NCBI GenBank assembly: GCA_031429075.1
Contig: JANOYW010000080.1
Location: 34,991 to 98,990, forward strand
DNA: 64,000 nt
Direction of reading: 5' to 3'
Source: Bdellovibrionales bacterium
Lineage (GTDB): Bacteria > Bdellovibrionota > Bdellovibrionia > Bdellovibrionales > JAGQZY01
The notes beneath the pieces are model-generated. The model did no database searches and was not told the origin of the DNA. It saw only the letters and a list, made by a program, of their open reading frames with translations. Made by a program: the position numbers and the translations under genes. Every line of letters starts with the position of its first letter. Position 1 is the stretch's first letter. Positions 28,925 to 36,909 of this stretch are shown piece by piece.

Positions 28925-30102
28925 GCAAATTGAAAATTAAAATTGCGCTCTCTTTCGCTTCGATACTAATATCTCCGGTGGTCATTTTTTCTGCTCTAGA
29001 GTGCATGGCTCGATGGTCTGAACTGCCTCAATTTTTAAATTTTCAAACCGATTCAAAACCTGTAAATTGTAGTAACGCCACGAAGAGTTCCTACCGACTC
29101 TCAGTGGACTTCAGTCATCAGCAAAAGACAAAATACTTGAGCGAAGAGATTACCTATAAAAAACTAGTAAAAAACTACGACTATATTTATACTAACGAGC
29201 TCGGTTATCCGGTCCATAAAGAAAATCAAAATTTCCAACAACGCGCAACGGTTATCGAAACGGGAGAAACTGCCTACGATGTTAAGTACAGCTTTGATGA
29301 GAGGGGACGTCGTAAAGTTCCAGGAGCGGATAAAATTTTTGCCAATTCGCATTTAGCCATTAGTGGGTGCTCCGTTGTTTTTGGAGAAGGACTTGAAGAT
29401 GAGCAAACCCTACCGGCACAACTCCAAAAAAAGGTTCAAAAAACTAAAGTATATAATTTGGGCCGCGCAGGCGGATCTGTAGTGGATGCGATCTCAACGA
29501 TGCAAGTAACCAATTTGTGGAAGGATATCGATCCCAAAGAAGGAGCTCTGCTTTTCTTTCATTCCTCGCAAACTCATGTGCCTCGGTTTCTTGGCACCAT
29601 CTCGACGGTGGGAGTGTGGAATAATTACGGTGCTTTTTTAAACGAAGAGGCTGCCACGGGAGCGTTCCAGTATGGCGGCGTTTACGACAGAAACAGACCA
29701 ATTTGGACCTTGTTGAGTCGTTGGGCAACGAGATCTCAGTTCTTAAAAAGAATAAATTTTGATTGGCCACCAACTACAAATTCTGCACTTGAAGCTTATG
29801 TGCGAGCCTTGAGTTTTTTACAGCAGCAGTACCAGCTAATCACAGACGCCAAAAATCCAATGGTGGTCTATTTTCGCCCCGGCGAAAAGGATTCGTGCAA
29901 GATCATACCTTATCTCGAAAAATATAAAATTTATTATTTGGACTATTCCGATTTTGAAATGAAACGCTACGCAACACGGCCGCTAAAAATCCAATATGAC
30001 GCTCACCCTACTGAAGAATTTAATCGAATTCTTTCGCAGCAATTAATGCACGATTTGACCTTCCACGAAAACACCCAAAAAATTCAACGTACATTTTTTT
30101 AA
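28918..30102 (+). CDS. Membrane-anchored SGNH/GDSL-like hydrolase/transferase
   Basis: N-terminal TM helix, GCSVVFGEG block I, YNLG block II, DAHP block V. Confidence 0.75.
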   Translation: MVSKLKIKIALSFASILISPVVIFSALECMARWSELPQFLNFQTDSKPVNCSNATKSSYRLSVDFSHQQKTKYLSEEITYKKLVKNYDYIYTNELGYPVHKENQNFQQRATVIETGETAYDVKYSFDERGRRKVPGADKIFANSHLAISGCSVVFGEGLEDEQTLPAQLQKKVQKTKVYNLGRAGGSVVDAISTMQVTNLWKDIDPKEGALLFFHSSQTHVPRFLGTISTVGVWNNYGAFLNEEAATGAFQYGGVYDRNRPIWTLLSRWATRSQFLKRINFDWPPTTNSALEAYVRALSFLQQQYQLITDAKNPMVVYFRPGEKDSCKIIPYLEKYKIYYLDYSDFEMKRYATRPLKIQYDAHPTEEFNRILSQQLMHDLTFHENTQKIQRTFF

Positions 30103-30105
30103 AAA

Positions 30106-31263
30106 TTATATTCCATTTAGCCTTTTTTTATTTTCAGCAAGCTTGAGATCACATGTCATCTGTTCCGCAAGCAATCGATTGTATTCAGCGGTTGGGTGCC
30201 CATCGCCCGGTATAAAAATTTCGGTTTGGGCATACTTCGATAATGAAAAATCCGTATAATCCAGATAGTGAATTTTGTATTTTTCAAGATATGGAATGAG
30301 ATGGTTCCATTTTTTCTGAGGTTCAAAATAAACAACAAATTGATTTTTATTTCCGTAGAGCTTTAGGTAGTTTTCTTTAACCTGAAGAATTGCTTTTGCA
30401 TAGTTTTCAAGGGTAACATTGGTGACTCTAGGCCAGTCGAAACCTATCAGCTTAAAAAGTTTCGACTGAACAAATAAATTTGAAAAATGTACGTACCAGC
30501 GCTGATGTTTGCTATACACACCGCCAAAAGAATATTTATCTGTCGATATATCATAGTTCAAGTAAGCGCGATGCCCCCCGTGCTGGCCTATGCTAGATAG
30601 TGTTCCAAGGAATCTACGCATATGCATGGAGTAAGAGAAGTTGAATAATACGAGCCCTTCTTTGGGCTCGATACCATCCCACATCTTGGTTTTTTCTTGC
30701 GACGCAATAACATCGGCCACGGACCACCCCGGTAGGCCGATCGTGTACGAGTGAGATTCTGGGTTTTTGACCTGCAGAAAAGTTGCTAAAGTTTCGTGGT
30801 CAGGTAGTCCCATTCCAAAGACAAAAGAGCATCCAATAACAATTGTATGTCTTTTGGGCCGTTCTGAGGTTTTGGGCGTAGTTCTTCTACCATTGTCGTC
30901 TATTTGGTAGGTCATATCGAAAACAGTCTGCCCTGTTTGTGGGATTATGAATTGCTGATAGCCTTTAAAACTAGGCATGGCAAGCCACAGACCGCTTTCG
31001 TCTTCTCTGTAGAAGTCGGAGCGTATTTCCATGTCTGCTATAAATAATTCGGGCTGTTTGAAGCTTTTTAAGGGCAAACATTTTTTGCTTCTCACGAGCC
31101 TATATTGGGAGGTTGGGGGAAGGGAGAGTCTTTGTAAGTCAGAAAACGGCAAGGGAAATTTTTGGTCGCTAAAGTAAAAACGCACAGCAAATTCGGCACA
31201 AAAGAAAATGATAATCAGCATGATTAGGGCGATACAACTTCCTGTAATACTTTTTTTAATCAT
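30106..31263 (-). CDS. Membrane-anchored SGNH/GDSL-like protein, paralog of 28918-30102
   Basis: N-terminal TM helix, GCSFVFGMG, DGHP; shares WxxIxPKEG, RFLGT, FDWP and IPYLEKYKIxYLDY with its convergent neighbour. Confidence 0.75.
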   Translation of the reverse strand: MIKKSITGSCIALIMLIIIFFCAEFAVRFYFSDQKFPLPFSDLQRLSLPPTSQYRLVRSKKCLPLKSFKQPELFIADMEIRSDFYREDESGLWLAMPSFKGYQQFIIPQTGQTVFDMTYQIDDNGRRTTPKTSERPKRHTIVIGCSFVFGMGLPDHETLATFLQVKNPESHSYTIGLPGWSVADVIASQEKTKMWDGIEPKEGLVLFNFSYSMHMRRFLGTLSSIGQHGGHRAYLNYDISTDKYSFGGVYSKHQRWYVHFSNLFVQSKLFKLIGFDWPRVTNVTLENYAKAILQVKENYLKLYGNKNQFVVYFEPQKKWNHLIPYLEKYKIHYLDYTDFSLSKYAQTEIFIPGDGHPTAEYNRLLAEQMTCDLKLAENKKRLNGI

Positions 31264-31275
31264 ATAATAATTTTT

Positions 31276-31425
31276 TTAAAAAATTGTATAGATAAACGGC
31301 GAGGCCACAGTCCCGCTACCCAAATAAAGAAGTGCAGATAGAGTCAGGAGTATCAAAAAAAAGGGGATCATCCACCATTTTTTATTTTCGATCGCAAACT
31401 GCCAAAGTTCAATAATAATTCTCAT
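31276..31425 (-). CDS. DUF5989 / SxtK-like small membrane protein (49 aa; not in ORF track)
   Basis: Hand translation MRIIIELWQFAIENKKWWMIPFFLILLTLSALLYLGSGTVASPFIYTIF; KKWW and PFIYTxF signature; ATGA overlap with the carbamoyltransferase stop. Confidence 0.88.
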   Translation of the reverse strand: MRIIIELWQFAIENKKWWMIPFFLILLTLSALLYLGSGTVASPFIYTIF

Positions 31426-33236
31426 GTATTTTCCTTAGTTATTATTATCTTATGCAGATTTTTTTGCTTTTCCAAGACGTAATTTCCAAGAACAAGGAAA
31501 TCGAGATCAGTTTTTAAAAAGCACAGTATGGCGTCGCGAGGATGATCTACGATAGGTTCTCCTCGAACATTAAAGCTCGTATTTACAAGCATAGGCACGT
31601 TCGTATGTTGATCGAACATTTTTAAAAGCTTGTGAAGCAATGGGTTTTGTTCGTGGGTGACAGTCTGTAGGCGTGCGCTGTAGTCCAGATGGGTGACGGC
31701 GGGCACCGTCGAACGGGTCGTATTTAATCTCTCTTGGGAGGTTGAAAAAGCCTGTGCTTGTAATCGATGGACTTTTAACAAATCGGCAACAAACAGCATG
31801 TAAGGACTGTCTGATGGGCAATTTTCAAACCACTCGTGGGCTTTTTCCGCCATTACAATTGGCGCAAAAGGACGGAACGATTCGCGAAATTTAATTTTTA
31901 AATTGAGTTTCGACTGCATAGTCGCGCAGCGAGCATCAGCAAGGATCGAACGCGATCCCAAAGCACGAGGGCCATATTCTGATCGCCCCTGAAACCATCC
32001 CACGGCATCCCCTTGGATCAATGAGTGACAGGTTTTTTCTAAAAGTAGGCTCTCATCACAAAGCTCATAAACGACACCCATTTCGTCGAGACATCTTTGG
32101 ATTTCATTATCGTCGTAAGCGGAACCCAAATAGGAATAAGACATAGTGTCTTTGTTCTGAAGTTTGTAGCGCGGTTGTTTAAAATGCAAAGAGTGGGCGG
32201 CGAGCGCGGCGCCCAGGGCGCTGCCAGCATCTCCAGAGGCTGGCTGAATCCAAATGTTTTTAAAACGGCCATCGCGAAAAATTTGACTGTTGCTCACACA
32301 GTTGAGCGCCACACCGCCAGATAAACAAAGAGCTGGGATGGAGTATTCTTTAAACAACGCACGCGTTAACTGAATCATCAGATGATTGAGTACGGCTTGC
32401 GTCGAAGCCGCAATATCCATGTAAACCGGTTCTATGAAAGATTCGGGGCTTCGCGGCGGCACGGCAAACAGTTTGCTGAGCTCTTCGGTAAACATTTTCT
32501 GCGTGGATGAAAAATCAAAATATTTAAGGTTGAGTTGAAAAGAGCCATCATCTTCGATGCGAATGAGATTATCTAAGATCGTGGCAAAGAAGCGTGGCGT
32601 TCCATAAGGAGCAAGCCCCATCAATTTGTATTCACCAGAATTTACTTTAAATCCACAAAATGTCGTGAGGGTGGAATAAAAAAGTCCCAACGAGTGGGGA
32701 AAATGAATCTCCTTTTGCAGCTCAATTTGATTTTCGTTGCCAATGGAAACTGTGGACGTGGCCCATTCGCCAAGGCCGTCCAAGGTAAGAATCAAAGCCT
32801 TTGAAAAAGGCGATGGAAAAAAGGCACTGGCAGCATGACTCAGGTGATGTTTGGAAAATAGTAGTTTTGCTTCGTTAAACCGAGGGTCAATACGACGAAG
32901 TTCCTTAAGAAGGTCACTTTGCATAAAAAGAGTTTTGGTGAATGTTTCGGAAAAACTATCAACAAAGGCGACGGGGTTCCATGGAGCGTCCTTTAAGTAG
33001 CTTTCGATTTGTCGATCGAGTTTTAATAAGGGTTTTTCATAAAAGACAATAGCATCGAGCTCGCGAAGTTCCATTTTGGCATAGGAAAGGGCCGCTAAAA
33101 CGGCATGATGGGGAAAACGGGAATCGTTTTTTAGCCGCGAAAAGCGTTCCTCCTGCGCCGCAAACACTGGCTTACCACCGACCACAAGAGCGGCAGCACT
33201 GTCATGAAAATAACAAGAGATTCCTAAGATTTTCAT
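31422..33236 (-). CDS. O-carbamoyltransferase (NodU/CmcH/SxtI family)
   Basis: ILGISCYFHDS, QEERFSR.K, HHLSHAASAF, DGLGE, EYKLMGLAPYG, GGVALNC, EYGPRALGSRS, RESFRPFAP, NTSFN; start set at ATG 33236. Confidence 0.95.
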   Translation of the reverse strand: MKILGISCYFHDSAAALVVGGKPVFAAQEERFSRLKNDSRFPHHAVLAALSYAKMELRELDAIVFYEKPLLKLDRQIESYLKDAPWNPVAFVDSFSETFTKTLFMQSDLLKELRRIDPRFNEAKLLFSKHHLSHAASAFFPSPFSKALILTLDGLGEWATSTVSIGNENQIELQKEIHFPHSLGLFYSTLTTFCGFKVNSGEYKLMGLAPYGTPRFFATILDNLIRIEDDGSFQLNLKYFDFSSTQKMFTEELSKLFAVPPRSPESFIEPVYMDIAASTQAVLNHLMIQLTRALFKEYSIPALCLSGGVALNCVSNSQIFRDGRFKNIWIQPASGDAGSALGAALAAHSLHFKQPRYKLQNKDTMSYSYLGSAYDDNEIQRCLDEMGVVYELCDESLLLEKTCHSLIQGDAVGWFQGRSEYGPRALGSRSILADARCATMQSKLNLKIKFRESFRPFAPIVMAEKAHEWFENCPSDSPYMLFVADLLKVHRLQAQAFSTSQERLNTTRSTVPAVTHLDYSARLQTVTHEQNPLLHKLLKMFDQHTNVPMLVNTSFNVRGEPIVDHPRDAILCFLKTDLDFLVLGNYVLEKQKNLHKIIITKENT

Positions 33237-33243
33237 GCGCCCT

Positions 33244-33606
33244 CTAAAACATTCGATCAAACCGTTGATTGTTCCTAGGCTTTTGCCATCCGCGGCTTGG
33301 TGTTTTAGCTCTTACCAGACGCAAACCCAAGGACAGGGGAGAAACAAGCAGAAAATAAAAAATGATTAAAAAAATGGGTTGTAGCAACCAAGCCAAACAA
33401 ATACCTACATAAAACCAAAGTGTGTTTAAAATGGATAAGTAACGTCTTAAAAAAAAGGCAGGCACAAGTAGCAACGAAGTCAGGGACCATGGAGGTGAGA
33501 TAAAACAAAATGCGCTCATCAAAAGAAAAACAAGAAATAAAGAAAAACTTTTAAGTGAGGGACGAACCGACTGTTCAAGTCGAACGAAATCAGATCGAGT
33601 CCACAT
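33244..33606 (-). CDS. SxtJ-like membrane protein
   Basis: 2-3 TM helices, W...G..L.....P.FL...YF..V.P pattern, C-terminal FDRMF; directly upstream of the carbamoyltransferase. Confidence 0.65.
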   Translation of the reverse strand: MWTRSDFVRLEQSVRPSLKSFSLFLVFLLMSAFCFISPPWSLTSLLLVPAFFLRRYLSILNTLWFYVGICLAWLLQPIFLIIFYFLLVSPLSLGLRLVRAKTPSRGWQKPRNNQRFDRMF

Positions 33607-35008
33607 AATCGTCTAATTTATGAAGCGGGGTTTCTGGCGTTAGAAGCTCTGACATCTCCGGAAACGTTTTTGTAAATGAGGTTCCTCGAATGGAATCCAT
33701 GTGCGTAATATATTCCCGAAACTGCGGCATGCGATTTGACCAATCCTCAGACTCCATAAATTTCAGCATTCCTTCGAGTCTTTTAATGCCATAAGGATTA
33801 TTTAAAAACTCTTCATCGTTGCGATGATTTTTTAACAACCACGAATAGAAAGATTCGTATTTGCAGCGAATTTTCTGTTTAAAATTTTTAGGAAAAACTT
33901 TTACGTTTAAATGCGCAGGGTGATAAACAAAATGATAATTAATCAAGCCTGCACCCAAGGGCCACGCATTTATTTTTTTGTAATTCTGCTTAAGCTTCCA
34001 GCGGATAAAATCCGGAATATAAAACATGTTTAGCATTTGTACGGCACAGGCAATGGTCACTTCCACGTGATTTGGTGTATCGTCCAGAAGTCGTAGGTGC
34101 TTTTCGATGGTCTCCCACTTTGCGGGATAACGAATGTACGAATTCATTTCTCCAATGCTGTCGATACTAAAATGAAAACGGACACGGCGAAACTTTTCCC
34201 AAAGTGCGAACAACCTGTCGGGAAGCTCAATCCCGTTACTGTTGTAGCGGAGTTCGATATTTTTTGCATAGCCCCTGCGCACACACTCTTCGAGAAGTTC
34301 GTAGTGTTCTTCGATGATAGTGCTTTCGCCACCGGCAAAATAAAGTTGCTGCATGTGGGGAATTTGCTCGTACAGTTGTTCCCAAAACGCGGGATTGTCT
34401 TTGTGCCAGTCGTAACTCGCACCATCGACTTGTCCATTGTTATCCCAAATCATAACCTGTTTCAGTTCGGCGTTTTGGATTTTAGGGTAGAGTTTCTTCC
34501 AGTCCGAAACCCAAAGCGAACTGTCGTGCGGTGAGCACATAACACATTTTAAATTACATTTTGTACCTAATCGTAAATCCACATAATAAACGCGCGGAGG
34601 GACGGAACCATCTGTTGCGGTTTCATCAATTAACTTTTGCAAATCAATTCGCGAGCTCCAATACTCAGTTTCCCAATTCCGTTTTGAGCGATGCCCGGCA
34701 GCTTCTTCCTTAAAACACTTCGTGCAGGACGATGGAATTTCGCCAGCTAGCATCTTCTGTCGCACATCGCGCATATAGCCGTTATTCCAGCCTTCCAGCA
34801 GCGGGGTATGATTTAGATTGGCAGGCTTGCCATTGTCGTTTTTTAAAATGCCCACTTCGCCACCCCAAATTTTGTCGTTTGTCGCTCCGGCCGAAGAAGC
34901 ATTGGCCGTGCAACACACCCGCATGTGTCCATTGGGACGTGTCGAAAGGTGAATCCACGGAAGCGCACAGTAAGTTGAACTAGGGGGTTGAAAAGAATTC
35001 TGAGCCAT
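33590..35008 (-). CDS. Radical SAM protein with N-terminal twitch domain (subfamily A)
   Basis: YCALPW..NGHMRVCC...CTKC, then KCNLKCVMC, AGGES, YNSNG, FSIDS..NSYIRYPAKW; start set at ATG 35008. Confidence 0.92.
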   Translation of the reverse strand: MAQNSFQPPSSTYCALPWIHLSTRPNGHMRVCCTANASSAGATNDKIWGGEVGILKNDNGKPANLNHTPLLEGWNNGYMRDVRQKMLAGEIPSSCTKCFKEEAAGHRSKRNWETEYWSSRIDLQKLIDETATDGSVPPRVYYVDLRLGTKCNLKCVMCSPHDSSLWVSDWKKLYPKIQNAELKQVMIWDNNGQVDGASYDWHKDNPAFWEQLYEQIPHMQQLYFAGGESTIIEEHYELLEECVRRGYAKNIELRYNSNGIELPDRLFALWEKFRRVRFHFSIDSIGEMNSYIRYPAKWETIEKHLRLLDDTPNHVEVTIACAVQMLNMFYIPDFIRWKLKQNYKKINAWPLGAGLINYHFVYHPAHLNVKVFPKNFKQKIRCKYESFYSWLLKNHRNDEEFLNNPYGIKRLEGMLKFMESEDWSNRMPQFREYITHMDSIRGTSFTKTFPEMSELLTPETPLHKLDDYVDSI

Positions 35009-35122
35009 TCGGGAAGAATAAGCCAGATCGCGGAGAGGAGGCAAAGGCTTGGTGCCGATTAACGAGCCGAGTTACTCCTTTTGGCCATTCACTCGGAGGC
35101 AAAAGTGGAGTATTGGCATACC

Positions 35123-36454
35123 ATGTCTGAAGTCCAAGCCAGTACGTATAAACAAAGTGTGTTTGATGAAAAGGTTCTGCAGTTCTGCCTGAGCGTTGTC
35201 GACTTTGTCGAAGTCTTTCCCGCCGACAACGAACTTTTAAGGCGCGCCGTTTTAGATGCTATAAGCTTTTGTCGATCCATGGAAGAAGTGGCGGCCTATT
35301 TATCAGCTCTCAAAACCAGCTTGCAAAACAAATCTAAGTTCAACCCTTCCGATCTTCTCAGTGTTGCGAAAGCTGTGGGGCAAGATTCACCCGCAGTGCT
35401 GTATGACTTTTTGTTAACCATTGAAAAATTGGGCGTTACCACTCATTTTTCACATTTGAGAGACCAGCGCGGCGACCAGGGTAGTAACCAGGGGACTAAA
35501 CTGTGGAGTGAGTTTTTTAATGGCGTGCACATACTCGTTAAAAACCAAGTTCAGCTTGCTGATTTTTTAAATACGACGCGTTTTTTGTGCGACGCTGAAG
35601 AGGACTCCGAATGGGAGGAGTTTTTTAGCGCGACAAAGTCTTTGCAAAAAGAAAAGTCGCAGAGCCTGCAAGATTTTTTCACCACGGTTCGCTTTCTGGC
35701 GCCGACAAAATTCCCCGCGTGGAGCTCGTTTTATACGGCTTGCAAAAAGTTAAGCCTCTCGAATAAAGGAGAGGCCGCTTTTTTCGAGGCTGTTCGGCAT
35801 TCGCGTCATTATTTTCTCACTTCACAAAGCTTTCAAGGCATTTTGCGTGCGTTATCAGAGACTCCCGAATACTCAAATGCGCTGGCCTTTGGCCAACTCG
35901 ACAGTAAAAAGTGGCTCATCGAAGAGGCGTTAAAAGTTTGGGGCTCCGCTTGGGGAAACACCGTGTTTGTTCTCGCCGGTTGGGTGGGTCTTTTGCCGCG
36001 AATGATGTACGATCAAAATATCGAAGTTTTAAAAGTTCGTTCATTCGACGTGGATGCAACTGCGAATCTCGCTTCGGAAAGCATCAACCAGGTAGAGGTT
36101 CAGCAGGATTGGGCCTACAAATCATCTACTCAGGACATCACGCAGATGCAATACCCAGCCACCTACAAGGTGTTGCGGAAAGATGGCAGCCCGTGCGAAC
36201 TTTGCGAAATGCCCGATGTTGTCATCAACACGAGCTGCGAACACATCGCTGATATAAACTCTTGGTGGAAACAAATTCCTACCGGAACCAAAGTGATTTT
36301 GCAATCCAACAACGGCTTTCATATTCCCGAGCATGTGGCGTGCTTCAAAAATTTAGCAGACTTTGCAGCAACGATGCAGCTGTCTCGCACCGATTACGCG
36401 GGAGAAAAAGATCTTCCCGAATTCAAACGCTTTATGTTGATTGGTGTAAAATAG
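35123..36454 (+). CDS. Class I SAM-dependent methyltransferase-like domain with an N-terminal helical repeat region
   Basis: C-terminal GQLDSKKWL, VLAGWVG, RSFDVD, INTSCEH, LQSNN; three 36-aa repeats upstream; start uncertain (35081/35123). Confidence 0.65.
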   Translation: MSEVQASTYKQSVFDEKVLQFCLSVVDFVEVFPADNELLRRAVLDAISFCRSMEEVAAYLSALKTSLQNKSKFNPSDLLSVAKAVGQDSPAVLYDFLLTIEKLGVTTHFSHLRDQRGDQGSNQGTKLWSEFFNGVHILVKNQVQLADFLNTTRFLCDAEEDSEWEEFFSATKSLQKEKSQSLQDFFTTVRFLAPTKFPAWSSFYTACKKLSLSNKGEAAFFEAVRHSRHYFLTSQSFQGILRALSETPEYSNALAFGQLDSKKWLIEEALKVWGSAWGNTVFVLAGWVGLLPRMMYDQNIEVLKVRSFDVDATANLASESINQVEVQQDWAYKSSTQDITQMQYPATYKVLRKDGSPCELCEMPDVVINTSCEHIADINSWWKQIPTGTKVILQSNNGFHIPEHVACFKNLADFAATMQLSRTDYAGEKDLPEFKRFMLIGVK

Positions 36455-36473
36455 GATTCAAAAATCTGTTGTT

Positions 36474-36782
36474 TTAGATTTCGGTGTTGTCGGTATCGCC
36501 AGCGGCATCGTCGTCTTGCGACGGTTTTGAATTTCCACTCAGCTGCAGTTGTGAGTTAGCTTCTGAAATTTCACTCGTTGCAGGATCGAGACTCGTCGTG
36601 CCCGGCCCGCCGCTATTCAGAGAGGCCGCAATGGCTACGAAATTTGCAACTTGATCGGCAAATGAGGGTGTTGAGGTGCCGCCGGTGCGCAGGTTTGGAT
36701 CGTCAGCCGAATTTAATCGAGCCAATGCCACGGAAGCCGTAAGTGCGCTCAATGAAACAAAAAGAATATATTTTTTTATCAC
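36474..36782 (-). CDS. Small secreted Ser/Thr/Gly/Asp-rich protein
   Basis: GTG start with GAGGGG RBS; signal peptide IKKYILFVSLSALTASVALA. Confidence 0.65.
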   Translation of the reverse strand: MIKKYILFVSLSALTASVALARLNSADDPNLRTGGTSTPSFADQVANFVAIAASLNSGGPGTTSLDPATSEISEANSQLQLSGNSKPSQDDDAAGDTDNTEI

Positions 36783-36811
36783 GGAATTCCCCTCAAAAAA
36801 TCTTAACATAC

Positions 36812-36839
36812 CTATCGACACATTCTACAAGTGATTCAA
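36812..36839 (-). promoter_or_regulatory. Possible sigma28 (FliA)-like promoter
   Basis: Minus strand TTGAA-N15-GTCGATAG versus consensus TAAA-N15-GCCGATAA, 30 nt upstream of the GTG. Confidence 0.3.
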
Positions 36840-36909
36840 ATTTTTTGTAAAAAAGTCTCGTTTTGATACATTGCCGAGGAGGCCACGATCAATGGCCAGG
36901 TCTGCGCCC

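Noticed and set aside
28918-33606. Saxitoxin biosynthesis cluster
   Set aside because: Only the generic sxtI/J/K/L-like module is present; no sxtA, sxtG or other core genes.
1778-36454. RiPP (ranthipeptide/sactipeptide/darobactin-like) cluster
   Set aside because: The intergenic gaps read (2936-3041, 20740-20861, 26623-26712) show no convincing precursor ORF, and there is no RRE/PqqD domain, peptidase-ABC exporter or repeated core peptide. A distal precursor cannot be excluded.
1778-36454. Prophage
   Set aside because: No integrase, structural, packaging or lysis genes and no att pair seen around the cluster.
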